Source: Azolla caroliniana
Lineage: Eukaryota > Plantae > Polypodiophyta
Assembly (NCBI GenBank): GCA_043228905.1
Contig: JBHGNT010000003.1
Span: forward strand, 8,990,001 to 9,054,000
Reading direction: 5' to 3'
Length of the DNA: 64,000 nt
The notes under the pieces were generated by a model. That model had not been told where the DNA came from, made no database searches, and saw only the letters and a program-made list of their open reading frames with translations. A program made the position numbers and the translations under genes. Of this stretch, positions 33,639 through 46,173 are shown piece after piece (the first letter of the stretch is position 1; each line of letters begins with the position of its first letter).

Positions 33639-36600
33639 CTACAATGACAAAAACACCCAAATTACGATTTTAGAAAACACCAAGGTTGCACCACCGAGCA
33701 GATCTTTTAATTGCTAACTACAATACCTTGAGTGATGTATCACATGACAACATAATTTATCACAAATATGTCATGAAATAATTAAACAATCTAGAGTGTA
33801 TATAGGACTACTATATGTCATGATATATCATGGAATAATGGCAAATTACTATATCTCGAGTGATGTATGACATGAAAACATAATTTGACACGATATGTCA
33901 TGGAATAATTTTAGGTTCTAGGGTGTATGTAAGTTTATGAACTCCCAAAATATAAAATCATCTATGTATATTACCTTCTTGGAAAAGTAAATGAACACAA
34001 TTTTGCCCACATAATAAGATTAAAGTAATTATCACCCCCACTCATCCTCACCAACCAGACCATGCAACATTTTCACCCAGTCATAAATCTCCTATTCATG
34101 CACAAGTCATAGCTATCAGTCTCTAAAATTATCTTTCTCTTTCTATTGACCAGCTGACCTTATCTCTGCACATTAATACATTTTGTATCCTACTTAATAC
34201 AATACCCTGAACACAAAATAGATATATACATTATTGGTGTCCATGAGAGACCGAAATATGATAAATACATTATTGGTGTCCATGGGCAGCAGGGCCGAGT
34301 CCATGGGAAGTATCAAACTTGGATACTCTCTCAATTTCATGACTTTGGATGCTACAGTTTAAACCACCAATGTGGCAGTTAGGCAGAGGAAGAGAAGATG
34401 CCAGCCCCTACATTCTGCAGTGGCATCTAGTGAAGTAGTGGCACATTGTGAGATTTGAACTCAGGTGTATAAATTAGTAAAAACTTGCATCACCACAACA
34501 AGGATACAGGCCTAATACAGCAAAAAGAAAGAATTAGGAAAGCGCCAATTGAACCATACTTGAGATGGTTGTGTCAACTGTTTGGATAACTTGAATACAA
34601 GTAGTATGATATACCAATGTGTCATGTAGTGTAGGCAAAGTGGTCCATGGTGGAGCAAAAGTATGCGAAAGTAGGGATTTGAACCTGTGACCTTCTGTGA
34701 TGGGCTTATAGTTTGTCATTAGGGCAAGTCTAATATAATGAGTAAAATAAGAAAACATATACCTGAAAATTATCTCCAAAGGGAACATCGTGTAAAGTCC
34801 ATTCTTCATCGACAATAACCACGTGTCCATTCCGTTTGGTGGTCTTCTGCTGGATGCATGTGACGTTGGTACCAAATAACGATATCTGATTACTTAGTTT
34901 GAAAGAGACTCGTCTTTGTTGAGCATCATTACCCATAGACTCCCATGGAGTTGGACAGAAACACAGCCATCCAACATTTTCAGCTATTCTTTCGTCAAGA
35001 TTCTCCTTCTCATATACTTGGGTCATCAAACTTACCTATTGAATTTCAAAAGCATGTATATGGCAGGTCAAAGAAGTACACATTATACAAGAGAGAATAT
35101 AATTCAAAGAGCAAAATACAGTCAAAGTAGACAAAAATGCCAGAAATATTATCACCGTAAAATATTCTATAAATACATTATTGGATTGTGTTCTATAATC
35201 TAGAGTAATTTCTTGCATTACTATTGTGGTATGTGATTGGCATTGGTACTTGATGTGTGGTGTGTTGTGTGTTGTGTGGTGTATGTGTCACATGTTGCCT
35301 GTTGCCTGTTGTACGTGTTGTGTGTGTGGTGTGTGTGCACAAGCAATAAGTTCAATTTTCTACTCACAGAAAGGGGAAGCTCTGTAGCATAAACTTCTGT
35401 GAGGTTAACTTCATCTACTCCTACAAACGTATCAGTTTCTTCTACTTGTCCATGTGTAATTATACTGCTGTCATCACCCTGGTCAATATCTGCAATCATT
35501 TCCATTTGTTCTTCAGGACTAAGTGTTCGATACTTCCATAAAGCAATCATCGTTCTGGGCAATAAAATCTACATTTATTAGTACAGTTTCATAAATTCAT
35601 AATTCATCAAAAACCCATTCATGTATAAAATAGCTTTTATTAACAGTGGACCAGGAAAAAAAACACCCAATTAATTGTCTTGTGATATAATTACCATTGC
35701 ATAGAGTGTTAGCTAGAAACCAAGAAATATATATTAATGCCTTTATAAAGGGTCAAAATGACCTAGACTGAACAAGGAATTGAACTACCATTCAACAACA
35801 TATCATTTTCCTTGATCTTTGTATTCAGATTCATTAATAATCTTTCCCTGCATTCTCTCCTTTTCCTCTTGAATAATTGCCATTACCTTAATGTAAACTA
35901 AAATCAAAGCTTATAACATCTAACTGGTGCGATAAGCAATTTGCATGAACAACTACAATGGTATGAGGATGAACGTAATGGAGAATACAAACTTATCATG
36001 ATATGTGACGCCACCACAGAGATAGAGGACACATCATAAAATTCTGCTGGACATACTTTCAAGAATTGAGATCCAATGGCTCCCAACTATCATGATTGTT
36101 CATATGCTACCAAGATCTAGGGTTCCTTTATGGAGAATCTGGTAAGTAGTTCAGTAAAGATATATATATTTACATGAGCTGGGTCAATTCAGGTTCACGA
36201 GAAGAAAATTTACCGCTGCATTACTGAATGTTTTTAAGACATTAATGCACTGCATCTGCAAGACTATAGAGACATCTCATTGCACTTGAGATGTTCAACA
36301 TGGGGATATTAAGGCGAACTTTCGAAAACCCAGGGAAACAGTTTCCAAATAGTTGGAGGGTGACACATTACTAGAGCCACATCTCTTGGCCGAACTATTT
36401 GAGCATACCACATTCAAACAGTGTGTGGCTGACCTCCTACCACATGAAGGACATCAGTTTTTCATTTCTTTATTTTTTTCTTAACAGAAATTTCCGCCAG
36501 TTAGACTGGTAAGAATTCATATCATTGTATGCACTGTTCTGGTGTCATAAGCCAATGGTATCTTAACCTGCTGAATGTAAGGACATAATTGGCGCAAACA

Positions 36601-39600
36601 AAGGAGAGAGGAACTAAAATGGCAAGCCATACTACATCTCATATGCATTCCTGACATGGTATTGGATGTGCAATCACTCATTTCCGACATTTTTCTTGGT
36701 CAGATTCTAGAAAACCATTACAGTAGAAAGATTTTAACAGTAACATTGAATCCGTTAACTACTTTTACTTTGCATGGCGATGCATGAGATTGTCATCACC
36801 ATACCTCCGATGCCACAATGAGGTGTTATTTTTGTTCTTTCCTGACATTATTTAATAAACTTCTTGTTTGCGCTGGATTGAATCAGTCAAATGAAATTGC
36901 ATGGCTAGTGTGAAATAAACAAGGCTACTGGAGTAGGCAAGGGCAGCAGACCCAGACAGGGTTTTTAGGCAACATGCTCTGGTTTTTTGCTTTTAAGACT
37001 TGGGCTTGGTCCTCTATTAATTATTAATAAAGAAAAACCAAAAGAGACTCCAGTCTTTGGGGCCACATGGTGTCGACTTCTTGTCAAGGAGCAGCCTAGA
37101 TTCCTAGATGTGCAGTTGGACTTCTTCTCAAGTGGTGCTATTTTAGCAAGGTTAGTGGTTTCATTAGCGTCTACCTGCATCTCAACATTCCACCAGTGGT
37201 TTTCCATCTGATAAGATTCATTTTCTTTGGAATGCAACTGAAATTGCTGCCACGAAGCTTTTCAGAAGGCAGCAACTTCAGTTGCACTGATCTCTTGATT
37301 ACTTCGTTTCACCAACTTAATTGTCATTTTCTTTACTCTAATGCTAAACTGCTTTAGGAAGTGAAATTAGCATACATTTTCTCAGTTTATCTTTCTGGTT
37401 TGACAAGCCAAGAGTAGCAATGTAATCATTGATTAGAGACATCGGAACATCTTTCTTTCTCTTCTTTTTATTGCTCATGTTGCATCCTGTTGTTGAGTTT
37501 TCTTCGGGCTATTACTTATCCTCTAAGGCACATGGGTTTTGCCTTACAGGAAGCAATCAGATTCCTCCCTTTTTTCCTCCCACATTGTACTAATGTGACA
37601 AAATTCAAATTATGCTTTTAGTTCATCTTCACAAGAGTTTGGATTATTGATGAAACATGAACTTATGAATGTCTCCAATTTCACTTTACTGAGTTTTAAT
37701 ATATTTTTCTGTGTTTTTTGGAAACAGTTTTTTCTAGCTGGACATGTATATGTATGAGGTAAAACACATGGTTTGATTGAATCTATGAGTCTCCAGTTCA
37801 TGTTCTAGTTAAGCAGTATTTAATGTAAATAAGAAATACATATGAGGATGTTAGGCCAATAGTCATCAGTATAACCTGTTTTCCATATTTATGATATGAT
37901 GAAAGCTAATTGTGTACTTCACAACCCTTCTGGAAACTAAAGGTGAGGTTCAACAGTAATGTTTCATGTATAAAAATAAATCAACCTTATATATGTAGAT
38001 GTGTGGGATCTAGAGCCATTAGATCACATTTAGAGTACTTTGTGAAGGATCATAGTTGACATGCAATATCCTTTCTACATTCATTAGTAGCTAGATCTCA
38101 GTACTCCTTCTATTCCTCTTTACTAGAACTATGGTTGAAGGAATAGGCCACACTACATTAGCAACCTAACAATTTCACAAAGCAAATAACTCATCCTTAC
38201 CTATAGGCAGGCTTGTAACGAATGAATGATTGGAATTGGAACTTCAAACGACCTTTTGGATCCACATTCTTGGCTCCATGATGAGCATCCATTGCTCTAC
38301 CTTTTCTAGTGAATACTAAGATTGTGGGGTTAAGCAATGTGCTCACAGCACCCAAGGTAGGTGTTGCATCTTTTATTTCTTCTATATCTTCCCATAGGAG
38401 TGTAAACCTTGTCTTATGCCCAAAGATGTTTGAATAAAATGCCAAAACCCTTGGAGACAAGAACAACCTTCCCTGTAGTGAAAAGCACAAAATGGTGTCA
38501 ACTGAAACGAAAACTGAAGGCTGCATTAAACAAGATAACCCCTTAATCAAAAGAAATGTTTCAATATGAAAGAATAGCAAAATAAATGTGACTGAGGTTC
38601 AAGAATAGGATGGCCGGTTCACCTCTGAATGCAACAGCAGACATTCTGCTTCAAGCTACTTTATTCACAAGTACGCACTTTTCTAAATATGAAGAACGTA
38701 TGAAACTTCTAGGATTTTCCAGAAATTTTATTTCCTATGAGACAATTAAAAATAGAATCATGAAATGAAAGTACCAAACAAACAGAAACAGAAGATATGC
38801 CCACCTGGAGAAGGATCTTTCTCTTCAAAGAGCATGAAAAATCATTCACCAAAAATTCCTCTGATGGAAGTCCAAATAGCCTTTGAAAGGAAGCATTCTT
38901 CATGAAAGATTGCCTACTAATCTATAGAGCTAATAAACAAAAGCTAATCAGATAAATTCAGCCGGTAAGGTAATCTTATTCTTTGTTGGGAATGTCTAAT
39001 TTCATACCTTCCTGCCCACTTCTTTCTCTACTTTTTGAATGTAATCAACTGCACTGGTTTCTTCCTTTGTGTTCACTAGAACAATCCGTAGGTGAATTTT
39101 AGCTCCTGGGGCACGGGCATATTGACCCTGTAGATAGACACAAAAATCAGCTAGATCCTCAGGTGATTTCTTGAGGAAGTTTATCTCTGCATAGCCAACC
39201 GACTCTGCTTCAGTGAAGGGACCCTCAAAATTGAAAACTTTCACATTCATGATTGATGGTGCCTCTTCAGTCGCATCAAACTCAAATTTCTCTGCATGGA
39301 ATGGAAAAGAAAACCATGAGGCTGAGTAAGCTGATACATCGAGAAAAATAAATACACAAAACAGTCCTTATTTTTCCTCGAAACATTTCCTAGCATAATC
39401 CAAATTCCCAAAGTACCCCTCATTTTCCAAAATCTCCAAAATATTACTTTCTACCATTTCTACCAAAGACGAGACAACACTTAAGATGTAATCTCTTATT
39501 TGGTCTTATAGGCCATTTTGGCCTCTTAAAAGACGTTAATATATCTTTCTTTCTTTCTACAGCATTTCCCTCAACATGAGAGATGGGAATTGTATGAAGA

Positions 39601-41308
39601 GCGGCATATCTTGGGAATGATTCTGAAAATGAGAGGTACTTTAGGAATTTTTAGAATATGATTGGATTTTACGAATTGATGAGAAATGAGGAGCATGTTG
39701 GTAAATTTCCCATATATAATTTACTTATTTACTGATATATTCTACCTTCCCATCTTGGATTGGAGGTTTGCATCTTCACAGAACTTCTTCTCGATTGTCC
39801 AGCACATGTGAATACAACAAATGGATCTGGGGAACCTCCAGTGTCATTAGGTGCTGGTATATTTTCAGCTCCCACAAGTGTAACTCGTAGCAACCATCCG
39901 TTACCTCTTGCCTTAACTCCATGATCAGAACCTAAGAGCCTCCAACCTCTAAAACTTCTAGCATAATATACAATCGTACAATAAGACAAACACATTAAAG
40001 ACTTATTTTACCTTTATACGTTCTTGCCCTAGAAAACTTTCTCACAGCATCAAAAACATGTTTAATTTGAACTCCTAGGATAGTCGCAGTGACAAACTCA
40101 TGCAATGTGTCTGGCAAGTCTATATTCCAAAACTCAAGCCCACTTTTCGGTGACGGCTTTGAAATACATATGTGCACCAAAATGATGAAGGTGGTCAATA
40201 GGACGAGGCATATTCTAAGATCCCAGAAATATTCTTTTGCAATCTGAAAGTCGGTCTTAAGTATCCTTACAACTCCATCTGATTTCTCTTGTTGAATAAG
40301 TTCTACAGTTTGTGAGCCTTGGGACAACACTCTTGCATACTTTTCTAGGACTTGAGAAAATTGTTTGTAGCTATCTTGTAGGCCCTGTCGAGCGCCATTC
40401 TCAATAAAGCTCTTCATGATTGTATTGCTTAAAAAGTGAAGGTTCCATGACACTTGAAGGAATGATGTCTTCTCACCTGTGCTAAGATCAGGACCAGCAA
40501 ATAGACAATATTGAATCTTGATTCGGAAAGTGTTCCCATAGGGAGCATCAGGAGTGCTTGCCAACACATTCACAATGAAACCCTTTTCATCTGCTCTAGT
40601 ATAAACCTGTTCTTCAGTTGCCTTCACAGCTTTAATCAACCTCGTGGCTGCTTTAACACAAGTGATGATTCGTTTTGGTAATAATCTATCTTCACCTTTT
40701 TTCCAAGGTCCTTCATCCAGTTCAGTATTCTTTTGTAACTCTGCCAAGTCATATAGAAACTGAGATCCAGGTCCAAATAGGATCCTATTCAGCGACTTCA
40801 CACTCACAGCATAATAACCATCAACTAGAATTCCTCCTTCGAGAGGAGGCGGTAGATCTCCCCGTGAAGATGACACAGACTTTCCATTGTCATCAAAGAA
40901 CAGCGATATTGATCTGTCAACCTGTTCATTTACTGCCTTGTTGGTTTCATCAGATACATGAGATTCTACCATTGTAACTGTTTCAGCGGTTTCTATTTTC
41001 AAGAGAGATGGAAAAACCTTAGCTGGAAGCCATCCAGAGATTTGCTGAAGAAAAGAGGGGCTTGAATACTGGTAAGAATCTGATGTGTCATCAGGTGAAT
41101 ACATTATATTTCCTGATTGAAAAGAATCAGAGGAACTGGATTGAGGAAGATAGGAATGGTCTGGTGTACTCGGGACAGGTGAAGAAACACTGATACCAGA
41201 TGACGGGAATCTCATTAACAAAGGATTAGGATTCAAAGTTTTGCCAGATAGCACGAATCCCAGTCGTATTTCACCTGTAGGAAATCCACTAATGAAATGA
41301 ATTTTGGC

Positions 41309-41378
<70 letters not shown>

Positions 41379-42501
41379 TTCCTTCATGACCATACTTGAT
41401 GTTCAATAATCTGATGCAAATCGTACCATTCTAGCATTGTGTCTTTTTAATCTTATTTACTTAATCTCTCATTCTGCCAACGATATCTCAAATATGAATG
41501 GGCTAAAACATAATCCATTAAGTTGTGGTACCATAGGGATAGCTCTGAGAAGGGAGTTCAAAATCAAGCTGTCAATCAATTTAAGTCAGGAAATTCCCGA
41601 TAATTGCCATCCTGGCTACTCTGGAATTCCATGTTCTTTTGGCCATATTGGCCATGAATGAATCTATCTTTAAGACATTTAAAGATCATTGTGGAGCCAT
41701 GGTTTAAGGCCAGGCTAATGGCCCTCTTCAAGAAAAAGCCTTGCCATAAAAGATTTTTCAAAACGCCCATTTATACAACATTTTCAGAAAGTCCATTTTC
41801 AAAAAGACAAGAAACCTGTTCTATATAGAGCATATCTATCACAAAGACAAGAAACTGATTCTATATGCAACATCACAGAAACACGAGACAGGAAACATAT
41901 ATCATAATAAAGAGAATGATGATAAATAGCATCCAATGATGAGCACACACTTAGCATTACAACATATGTATAATGAAATAAAATGATGATAGTTAACATC
42001 AAATGATGGTCTCACACTAAAAATCACATGAACATAGAATCCTGAAGAGGGTGCCACGAAGGATTTGGACTCACCAGTAACTAAGGATTTGGACTTTCTA
42101 CTGCTCCGATCCTGAAGAGGGTACCACAAAGAAGCTAAAACCTGCTTGTGGGCAGCAAAAACGGTGGAAACAGAGATGACAACCCGACCCAAGAAAATGT
42201 CAGAGATTCGATCTCTGTTCCACAGGGAGATGTGAAGCTCTGCTTCAAGGTCATCTACATTGAAGGTAAACTCTTGGAACCAGTAAGGATCAAATGATGA
42301 AGATGATAATGATGACGATGATGGTGGTGGTGTGGGCGGTGATGATGATGGTGATGATGACGATGTTACTGTTGATAATGAGGAAGGGGCGATGGAACTG
42401 TTCTGTTTGAAGCTACCCATTTTCAGATGGGCATAGACTTGAAGTGGGCGATCGATGATTTTGAGGTTTCTTGCCTCCAAGAGCTGTACTTGTAGCTTCA
42501 T
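33423..42501 (-). CDS. C2 and GRAM domain-containing protein (C2-VASt-C2-GRAM-VASt; At1g03370/At5g50170-like), 9 exons, 1074 aa
   Basis: Exons 42501-42075, 41274-40012, 39931-39746, 39291-39008, 38921-38805, 38472-38201, 35554-35368, 35035-34763, 33638-33423. All introns are GT-AG, phases agree, total 3225 nt. Motifs MKLQVQLLEARNL, GSDHGVKA.G.GWLL, QGRLFLSPR, DVPFGDNF. Confidence 0.93.
34763..35035 (-). CDS. C2-GRAM gene exon 8 (VASt 2)
   Basis: VSLMTQVYE...LHDVPFGDNFQ. Confidence 0.85.
35368..35554 (-). CDS. C2-GRAM gene exon 7
   Basis: RTMIALWKYRTLSPE; donor TCT|GTGAGT. Confidence 0.88.
38201..38472 (-). CDS. C2-GRAM gene exon 6 (GRAM)
   Basis: GRLFLSPR...FQSF; donor AG|GTAAG. Confidence 0.9.
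38805..38921 (-). CDS. C2-GRAM gene exon 5 (GRAM start)
   Basis: NASFQRLFGLPSEEFLVNDFSCSLKRKILLQ. Confidence 0.9.
39008..39291 (-). CDS. C2-GRAM gene exon 4
   Basis: EKFEFDA...KVEKEVGRK; AG/GT borders. Confidence 0.9.
39746..39931 (-). CDS. C2-GRAM gene exon 3
   Basis: GSDHGVKARGNGWLL; AG/GT borders. Confidence 0.9.
40012..41274 (-). CDS. C2-GRAM gene exon 2 (VASt domain plus TM segment)
   Basis: CAG|GT GAA ATA (GEIRL); donor AAG|GTAAAA. Confidence 0.92.
41312..41373. repeat. (CT)n microsatellite in intron 1
   Basis: About 31 perfect units. Confidence 0.95.
42075..42501 (-). CDS. C2-GRAM gene exon 1 (C2 domain)
   Basis: ATG 42501; donor CTG|GTGAGT. Confidence 0.9.
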
Positions 42502-43020
42502 CTTCTGTATCAGATAATTAGGGTTATGATCACAGAGATGGAGAAGGCGCGGTTGAAACAGGGAAGAAGATCATTGACGGGGGATTTGAACCCATTCCAC
42601 GAATTGGGCGAATCAGGTAACCAAAAAAAACATGCATCAGAAAGGGTAAAAGAAGACGTAGCAAAGCGATGGCAATGGCGATGGCGATGGCAAATGAAGA
42701 AGAAGAAGAAGAAGAAGATCGAAAGATATGAAGAAGCAGGGAAAACCTGCACACACAGAGATCACGGACAACATCACCCCCGCCACGTCATCATCATCAT
42801 ATCATCATCATCGGGATCCTGCCGAGTCAGCTGCCACCTCATCATCCCTTCTGCCACGTCCTCTGCCTCTTCATTTGCCTTTTTTTGGCCTTTTCTCACA
42901 AAATCTTTCACACCCACAAAAACAGAAAGAACACAAAGGCCTTCTTCTCTCTTTCTCCTTTTTATCGCAATTAGCTTACCCCATATATATATCTCGTAAT
43001 TTACTAGATGCCATCTTGCG

Positions 43021-43087
43021 GAAAGTAAGGGTTGAACCCATGACCTCCTGGTCTCCATTGGGCAACCTTACCAACTGAGCTACATCC
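43021..43087 (-). mobile_element. tRNA-derived SINE-like head (Pol III A and B boxes)
   Basis: Minus strand GGATGTAGCTCAGTTGGTAAG...GGGTTCAACCC; no valid cloverleaf; a partial second copy lies at ~43650-43676. Confidence 0.55.
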
Positions 43088-43095
43088 AACTCGGC

Positions 43096-43097
<2 letters not shown>

Positions 43098-43141
<44 letters not shown>
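43098..43141. repeat. (CT)n microsatellite
   Basis: Perfect dinucleotide run; another at 43676-43734. Confidence 0.95.
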
Positions 43142-43142
<1 letters not shown>

Positions 43143-43671
43143 AGCTTCTAATGTACAAAAATGTAAGGCAGACAGATCAAAGGTTTTCAAGAATTTAGGT
43201 AAGCTCAAGTCTTCATCTTTATCACCTCTGACTGATATCTCTGGGATTGTTGTCAAATTGTCAGAGAGTGTCAGATTTTATTTTATTTTGGTGAAAACAC
43301 ACAATTATATTAATAAACGTGTGTGAAAAACACTAGTTACAATGGGTGTGACAATGGAGTATGGTCACCCACTAACTACGCTACATGGGTAGTGGAACAT
43401 GTTGAATTGGCCAATAGGTAAGACGAACACTCCACTTAGGAAAGAATTTCCTCTTGCTCCAATAAAGAAAATGGTCACATTAGTACTCTTATCAACTTTC
43501 ATAGATATGCTTTCACTCCATGTCTACCATCGAATACAAAAGTTTTGCGCATGCCCCAATTATGATGCAATCCTCAATATCTCGAAAATTGGAAAACAAT
43601 CTCCATCTCTGATTTTGGGTTAACCTTGTGTGAATTGTGCAAATACCTACATTGGGCAATCTTACCAACTG

Positions 43672-43736
<65 letters not shown>

Positions 43737-45573
43737 GTAAAAGCACACAATTATATAATTGTATGTAAAATCCAAAATTACAACACTTCTTAGTCTCCTC
43801 TACCTACCTATCCTATCTTATGTAGGGAGAGGGATGTCTTGTAATGCCATTAGAAAACCCTGAATATGCATTTGAGGAAATGTAACATCCAGAAATTCCA
43901 CATAAGAATACCTGTCAACTTCTTCATTATGCGCTTTCACCCTAAGTTTACTATCAAACATGAAAGCATTACGCATATTCCAATTGTGTTGTAGTCCCCA
44001 ATAACGTAAAAATTGGAACAATATCTCCATCTCATCATTTGAACCATTTTGAACATACTAAGAAAAAGCCTATTGTTGAGGCCTCAAATCGCAACGGGTT
44101 AAAGCTTGCCAAACATTTGATAATTACTTCCAAATGGTAAACATTGCATGACATTTAATTAACCTATGTGTATTATCCTCCAATTGAATGGTGCAAAAGA
44201 TACAAGTGCTTGACCCTAGTCCTTGTCTCTAAAAGGTTGAACCCAATTAAGCCCACCAATCATGACTCTCCATATGAATACCTTTGCACGAAATGGTAGA
44301 TGGGAATGGTTGAGTGAGCAAGCTCAACTGGATCCGGATCGGTATCCGGAATGGAAAACCGGATCGGTGTCCGGATGACATTCGGAACCAAGAGCCGGAT
44401 TGGAGAGACGGATCGGGGAGTCGGATTCAAATGTGAACCGGAAGGCTAGTAGTAGCCTATACTCCTAGACTACTAGGTAGTCAAAGTCCTCATAGTTAGT
44501 GTCAACCGCTCGTATGAGCATTGAAGTACATAGTACTTCTGTAAGTCCTTTTGAGGACTTGTATAAATAGTGTTGTTTAGCACGTTGTATATACAGAGAG
44601 TTATAGAGTGTTATTTTTTAATTGAGTTTATGCTCTCCCTCTCTCTCTATCTCTCCCATGTATGCTAAGTACTCTCTAGCTTCCATTGAACCTGTTTTTT
44701 ATTCTCTGTTGTTGTCCGGCTAAACCGGTTTTGTCAAGCTTCCGCACGCTAACTTTTACATGGTATCAGAGCGCGAGGGTTGAGACTCTTCTGCAACCAA
44801 CAGACTCTTTCGAAGACAAACCCTAACACTCGGTGAAGAACAGAAGAGAACCAAAGATGGACAAAGGTATGGCAAGTTCGCTTCCCACAAAAAAGCTCGA
44901 ACGGAGCAACTATGCATCCATGGTCATATAAGATGCACCAGTACCTGATGGGGCATGGATATTGGAGCTATGTGGAAGGAACTAACAAGGTAGCACCGGA
45001 GCCAGCACACAAAGACTTCCCGGCATGGGAGCAAGGAGCGAGCCGAGTATTGTACTGCCTCGCGTCCTATGTGCACGATCAAAGGCCTGGGAAAATATAC
45101 AAAAGATTTTCGCCGCAAGTACCATAGCCCGTAAGTTGCATCTCCGGCAAGAGCTGAACAACATCCGACAGAGAGATATGTTAGTTACGGACTACACCAC
45201 CAAGATTAAGGAGATCTGCAATGCACTCAAATCCATCAACGTAACGGTGGAAGAAAACGTGATGGTCCAGATTTGTCTCGGTGGTCTAGCACAATGGTAC
45301 GGGCCAATCCGAACGGCAATTTGCACCCGAGAGAAGCCATCGTCCTTCTTTGACTTACAATCAATGTTGATGGTCGAAGAAAACCACGCGAGTGGGTCGA
45401 GGACCACTCAATTGGGCAGCCGGATGTTGTCCACGGAGGCGGATCGACCCCGTGGACGTGGAGGACGAGGTGGGTCGGCACGCAGTGGAGGCAGCCGACA
45501 AGAACAGAACTGAAGGCATAGAGACGGTGCCGACAATAGTTCCGGACCCTCCACAAGCAGGGGGAGTCAAGTC

Positions 45574-46057
45574 TGTTAACCGTTCTGTTGGAAACACCTT
45601 TGATATGCCTACAAGCTATTGGTATCAAGGGAAGTGCAACGTGAAGACTTGTGCACGGAGGCGTCGTTAGGGGAAGGAAACGGAGAGCATACCCAGAATA
45701 GAGCCCGGGTCGTATACGTAGTTGAGACCTTAGAAACGACGGCACAGAGATGAAAACAACAAGAGCTAATAGATATGTATTACTGCAACAATTATCGATG
45801 ATTACAAAAACACGGCCCACAGCCGGTGACCTTACAAAGCTCTTATACTATGAAACAACCTTATCTAAGCTCTCGATATCTTCCCCCTACCGAGGTATGC
45901 AGACCTCGGTTTATATACTTTTTCTTCATACAAAGCCGAGCGGTCGGCTGACTGTAAGGCTCAAAACTCGGCATTTACCTAACTCTACCTTACCTACTCG
46001 CCTTACCTACCGGCGTATTACATTTAACTAATTTATATTTTTGGCCTATGGACAACA
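45574..46057 (-). repeat. 3' LTR of Gypsy-A
   Basis: TG...CA; about 25 substitutions (hand count, nearly all transitions) versus 57258-57741. Confidence 0.96.
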
Positions 46058-46173
46058 CCTGGCACACCCGTGGGACAGGACTTTGTCCGTCGGACCCACG
46101 GTTCACCATGGATTTGGCAAAACCACACGAATTACAAAAAATTGCCCGTTCCTACGAGGCTTAGAGGTTGGTT

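Noticed and set aside
43021-43087. Functional tRNA gene
   Set aside because: A and B boxes are present, but the D-stem, anticodon arm and acceptor stem do not pair properly.
42510-43158. ORFs upstream of the C2-GRAM start
   Set aside because: Produced by (GAA)n, (TCA)n and (CT)n simple repeats; TSS unknown, so uORF status cannot be supported.
45574-46076. Reading Gypsy-A as a plus-strand element because a PBS follows the left LTR
   Set aside because: gag-pol, the extra ORF and the LTR TATA (GTATATAAA) are all on the minus strand, and the right LTR has its own PBS.
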